Assembly: GCA_020353515.1 (NCBI GenBank)
Contig: CP070695.1
Coordinates: forward strand, 3,927,140 to 3,991,139
DNA from: Candidatus Heimdallarchaeota archaeon
GTDB taxonomy: Archaea > Asgardarchaeota > Heimdallarchaeia > Hodarchaeales > Hodarchaeaceae
Direction of reading: 5' to 3'
Length of the DNA: 64,000 nucleotides
In this document: positions 61,901-64,000 of the stretch, one piece after another
Position numbering within the stretch: the first letter of the stretch is position 1
Layout of the letters: each line of letters opens with the position of its first letter
Notes under the pieces: model-generated
The model's input: the letters and a program-made list of their open reading frames with translations, nothing else
Database searches by the model: none
Told to the model about the DNA's origin: nothing
Position numbers and translations under genes: made by a program

Positions 61901-62578
61901 GATTTTACGAGTTTCTGTGAAAAATTTCTTACCATTAATCGTAGTAGCTTCTTCAGTGACTAGAGTTTGGCCTGAGGAAAATACAGTGTGGTACTCATTT
62001 AGAACGAGATCGGATAAGAAAGGGAATGCCTCACGAATGGTTTTCCCCACTAAAGGTGTTTCAAAATTGAGTTCTTTGAGCCACTCAGAAAAAGCTGGGT
62101 TTGCTAAGATTATTACGAAATCTCGGTCAATGACGTGAAGTGGATCTCCTAGAGATTCAATAATGGTACGATATTGCTGTTCTGATGATCGTAGTAATTC
62201 TTCAGATTGCTTACGTTCTGTTATATCTCTTGCAATCCCTAAATATCCAGTGATTTGCCCATTAATGACTTGGGGGGTAGATTTTGCCTCTAAAGTTATA
62301 ATATCCCCTGACTTGCCAAAAATTCGAGCTTCATAAGGTGGGACTGTTTCTCCATCGATAGTCGCCTCGAAGCCATTAACTACCACCGACGTATCTTCAG
62401 GATGAACAATCTCGAGAAAATGTTTTCCAATCCATTCCTCCCGAGACCATCCTGTGACTTTTTCAAATTCTTTAGTAACTGACGTAATCATGCCATCAGA
62501 AGACAGAGAAAAGATAATATCACGAATATTATCTAAAATAAACTGACTTTGCTCCTCAATAAGGGATAGAGTATCCAA
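58913..62578 (-). CDS. One-component regulator with eight PAS domains, a DUF835-like domain and a wHTH
   Basis: Eight PAS/PAC units ending in DIT-type motifs; VILIDRLEYL (DUF835-like); C-terminal ISRPTVRKRIKQL HTH; no H-box or HATPase domain. Confidence 0.88.
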   Translation of the reverse strand: MDTLSLIEEQSQFILDNIRDIIFSLSSDGMITSVTKEFEKVTGWSREEWIGKHFLEIVHPEDTSVVVNGFEATIDGETVPPYEARIFGKSGDIITLEAKSTPQVINGQITGYLGIARDITERKQSEELLRSSEQQYRTIIESLGDPLHVIDRDFVIILANPAFSEWLKELNFETPLVGKTIREAFPFLSDLVLNEYHTVFSSGQTLVTEEATTINGKKFFTETRKIPILHDESVVQVITIIRDITERTHIEEQLRESEKNYRELISNLTDVVAEVDEEGKFIFVSPQIFDLFGYKPRELIGKNSYDFIHPNDIENAFRILTECLSGKQRFEFEYRIKHNKGHYIWVTASGKAIEHENNLKIVFGIRNITDQKRMKKAVQESEEKYRTLFENIPIGLYRSTPDHKFLAANPAFLNLVGLSSFDELIEIDSNHLAIIRKYPRDRFLREIEEKGEVMGLEFHLERPDGSVIHFRENARSIKDKHGKMQYYEGSVEDITDRINAQKALFNSEERLRSFMDGATDSFSLFDSDLNLIDINKTGLKTFLLGIEKTEVLGRNITEFHTNHEDILRYKEVLKTGIPYIAERVAPPQNYGDMTLSVKAFKVGDGLGIVAADITDRKNMENALRKSEERLRRFMDAATDSFTIWDSEFNLIDINKTGLGMLPVGTKKEDIIGKNIEEFDKQHLGKYEEVLRTGKPYLSDRIFRHPLTGERIVSVKAFKTEEGLGLISTDITKRKIVEDELRSTKFRLEYLLKSCPAVIYSCTPGGHFSTTFMSENIKDILGYQAKSFIDTPEFWEQKLHPDEKEQVSTTFKDILEEGNYSNTYRFQHKKGSYRWMLDEANLVKDEKGKPLEIVGFWSDITDYKRTEEALRESEEKFRSVFENSPLGIALTDLNFSFTEVNDVFKEMLGYQGNELTQRTILDITHEEHRERDEEHIKKLLNNEISSFQTEKRYLKKNEDILWVRVALSLLKDDKGNPLNFLLMVEDITAIKQREEELKKEFLKYKIQDGNVYLITEEVPTVSKTVFSELTTIGYKGFVASRTPNKDFRAYMEGEYDFFWLTEEKGYNRLINLIKNTPSKSVILIDRLEYLFLKEGLENAIQFVYKLKEITYLRNLVVILSIDSATISERELLILEKETHQIEPRFMAKIAEEYLEILRFVYQQNNLGLKPSYSGIGEGLKISRPTVRKRIKQLILTGYLHEHKKGKSKIVEISGKGRMLFLS

Positions 62579-62932
62579 AAAACCCTCATCTCCATAATTA
62601 AATTGATTAAAAGATTCGGGAATAGTAAAGCTATACTAGGTTTTAAAGTCTGTTAACAGATGAGGAGTGTTTTCTAAACCGACAAGAAAAAGAGGAGATT
62701 TTAGAATCAAACAATATATTCGCAAGGATGGTAAGAATCTCTCATTAAACCCCAATCTCAAGGAAAAAAATAGAAACATTATACGATCCATCCTTTTAAA
62801 ACCTCAACTAAAAAGCCAATACTCGCCAATTACGTTTCCATGTTTTGCCGCGAAAATTGCCTAAAGTTTATATGTATGAAAATGAATATCTTGGATGGAT
62901 GGAAAAGTGGGTGAAGTAGGAAAAGAATAATT

Positions 62933-63071
62933 AGTAGCTGAATGATGAAACGAGTGCAGCCACGCAATTAAAAACACCCCGAAAGCCATGGTGTTCCAAC
63001 GAACCGAAAAAACTTTTTTTCTAAACGTTGGGACACCCTCCCTCCCCCCTCACACCTCTTATTTTGGCAAA
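62933..63071 (+). ncRNA. Candidate structured RNA / micro-ORF element, copy 2
   Basis: Inverted homolog of 56183-56317; stem 62990-63001/63026-63037; ORF at 62945-62971. Confidence 0.6.
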
Positions 63072-63329
63072 CTGACTTAATAAACTGCCCAATTTTGTCC
63101 TTAACTTTCTATATCTCCCTTATCATTTAATCATCTTTTCACGAGTTCTCTCTCTCCTAGAGCTTGTGATGTTAAGAAAGAATCTACTCGTTCCCTACCT
63201 TTGTAAAACTTTTTTAATCCCATTTCTTGTCATTATGTAATTCTTTGAATTAAGCGACGATTTGTCGCAGGAAGGGTTTTTCACCCCTTTTTCCTGCATT
63301 TGTATGATTAAATTCAGAAGTTGATTAGA

Positions 63330-64000
63330 ATGGCAAAATGGGATCTTACTATTTATGAATCTTCGGATAAAAAAGAAATCCGTAATCGTTTTCGGCTTAC
63401 TAAGAAAACCATGACCGCGGCTGGTCAACATGGTAAGGCGATTATTTTAGAAGACGAAAAGAAGAAGGAATGGCTTCTCAAGACCTTTGCGAATATTATT
63501 GATTTTGAACTGAAAGAGATTCAAGATTTAGAGGTTGATCTAAAAGAATCTCCTGAGGATAGTCGTGGTCGGATGCATTTATGGCGTACCTTTAATGAAT
63601 TGACTGCTTCTCGCCTTGGCCGCTGTTTACACTTAAATGTCCCTGAGGCTATCATTGTATGTTCTCAACAGGTTGCTGATCATCCTCTCACCCAGACTAC
63701 AACGTTACCTCTTGGTGATGTAATCATACTGGATGAGGATGAAGAAGGGGAGACTGCTGAAGAATACTATCAACTTTCTGGGCGAGAACCGTATACATTA
63801 GAGACCTCCTCCAAATTTGAAAAGATATTATCAGAGAAAGGGGGTCGTGGGGATCCTACGTCTGTCCTCGCAATTCTTCTCGAAAAAATCCCCGACACTA
63901 TCAATCTTGACGAATTTTTGGACTCCTATGACGATGTGGATGAAGCCTTTCAAATTGTTCAGCAAATTGATGATGGATACACTCTTCTCCCCTTTGATGT
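63330..64000 (+). CDS. HipA-like / PI3-PI4-kinase-like protein; runs off the window end
   Basis: Not in the ORF track; open from ATG 63330 to the end. Contains GQHGKA...EWLLK...NELTASRLGRCLHLNVPEA and ends at LLPFD. Confidence 0.6.
   Translation, partial: MAKWDLTIYESSDKKEIRNRFRLTKKTMTAAGQHGKAIILEDEKKKEWLLKTFANIIDFELKEIQDLEVDLKESPEDSRGRMHLWRTFNELTASRLGRCLHLNVPEAIIVCSQQVADHPLTQTTTLPLGDVIILDEDEEGETAEEYYQLSGREPYTLETSSKFEKILSEKGGRGDPTSVLAILLEKIPDTINLDEFLDSYDDVDEAFQIVQQIDDGYTLLPFD

Noticed and set aside
62936-62950. CTGA/ATGATGA resembling C/D box or hammerhead core motifs
   Set aside because: The other copy reads CTGAACAATGAGA, so the box C or hammerhead core is not conserved, and the flanking stems do not fit.
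56183-63071. Composite transposon bounded by inverted repeats
   Set aside because: There is no transposase, the cargo includes housekeeping metG, and the repeats are diverged with structure-type covariation rather than identical ends.
63195-63431. 78-aa minus-strand ORF
   Set aside because: It overlaps the start of the longer plus-strand kinase-like frame and has no motifs.
1-64000. CRISPR array, rRNA genes or intact IS elements
   Set aside because: I saw no regularly spaced direct repeats, rRNA-like sequence or transposase ORFs.

Overview
This window comes from an AT-rich archaeal genome, almost certainly an Asgard archaeon and probably Heimdallarchaeia/Hodarchaeales-like; this is inferred from gene content. 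The first ~31 kb is accessory: beta-helix surface proteins, a membrane-spanning beta-helix/wHTH regulator, a permuted family-5 solute-binding protein, transporters, regulators, a Rab-like GTPase, an amber-interrupted LRR gene, several gene fragments and a family of CCAACG-containing intergenic repeats. The 31-37 kb stretch holds core genes: PAC2, a RadA-family gene, RimK, an intron-containing tRNA-Gln(CTG) with C33, rpo10 and rps2. From 37.5 to 55.4 kb lies an ESCRT-ubiquitin supercluster with Vps25, Vps4, two ESCRT-III genes, Vps22/36, Vps28, Vps23, a longin-Rab fusion, PAP2, Yip1, E1, ubiquitin, a KaiC-like ATPase, an Arf-like GTPase, a RING protein and E2. Inside it is an uncharacterised gene with a FYVE-like Zn finger, a PH/GLUE-like domain and a steadiness-box-like tail. 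The last 8 kb has metG and an 8-PAS/DUF835-like/wHTH regulator. These two genes are bracketed by two inverted copies of a ~135-nt element with a conserved 8-codon ORF, a covarying hairpin and a C-rich tail. A partial HipA/PI-kinase-like gene closes the window. All family calls come from motifs read by eye; no database searches were run.
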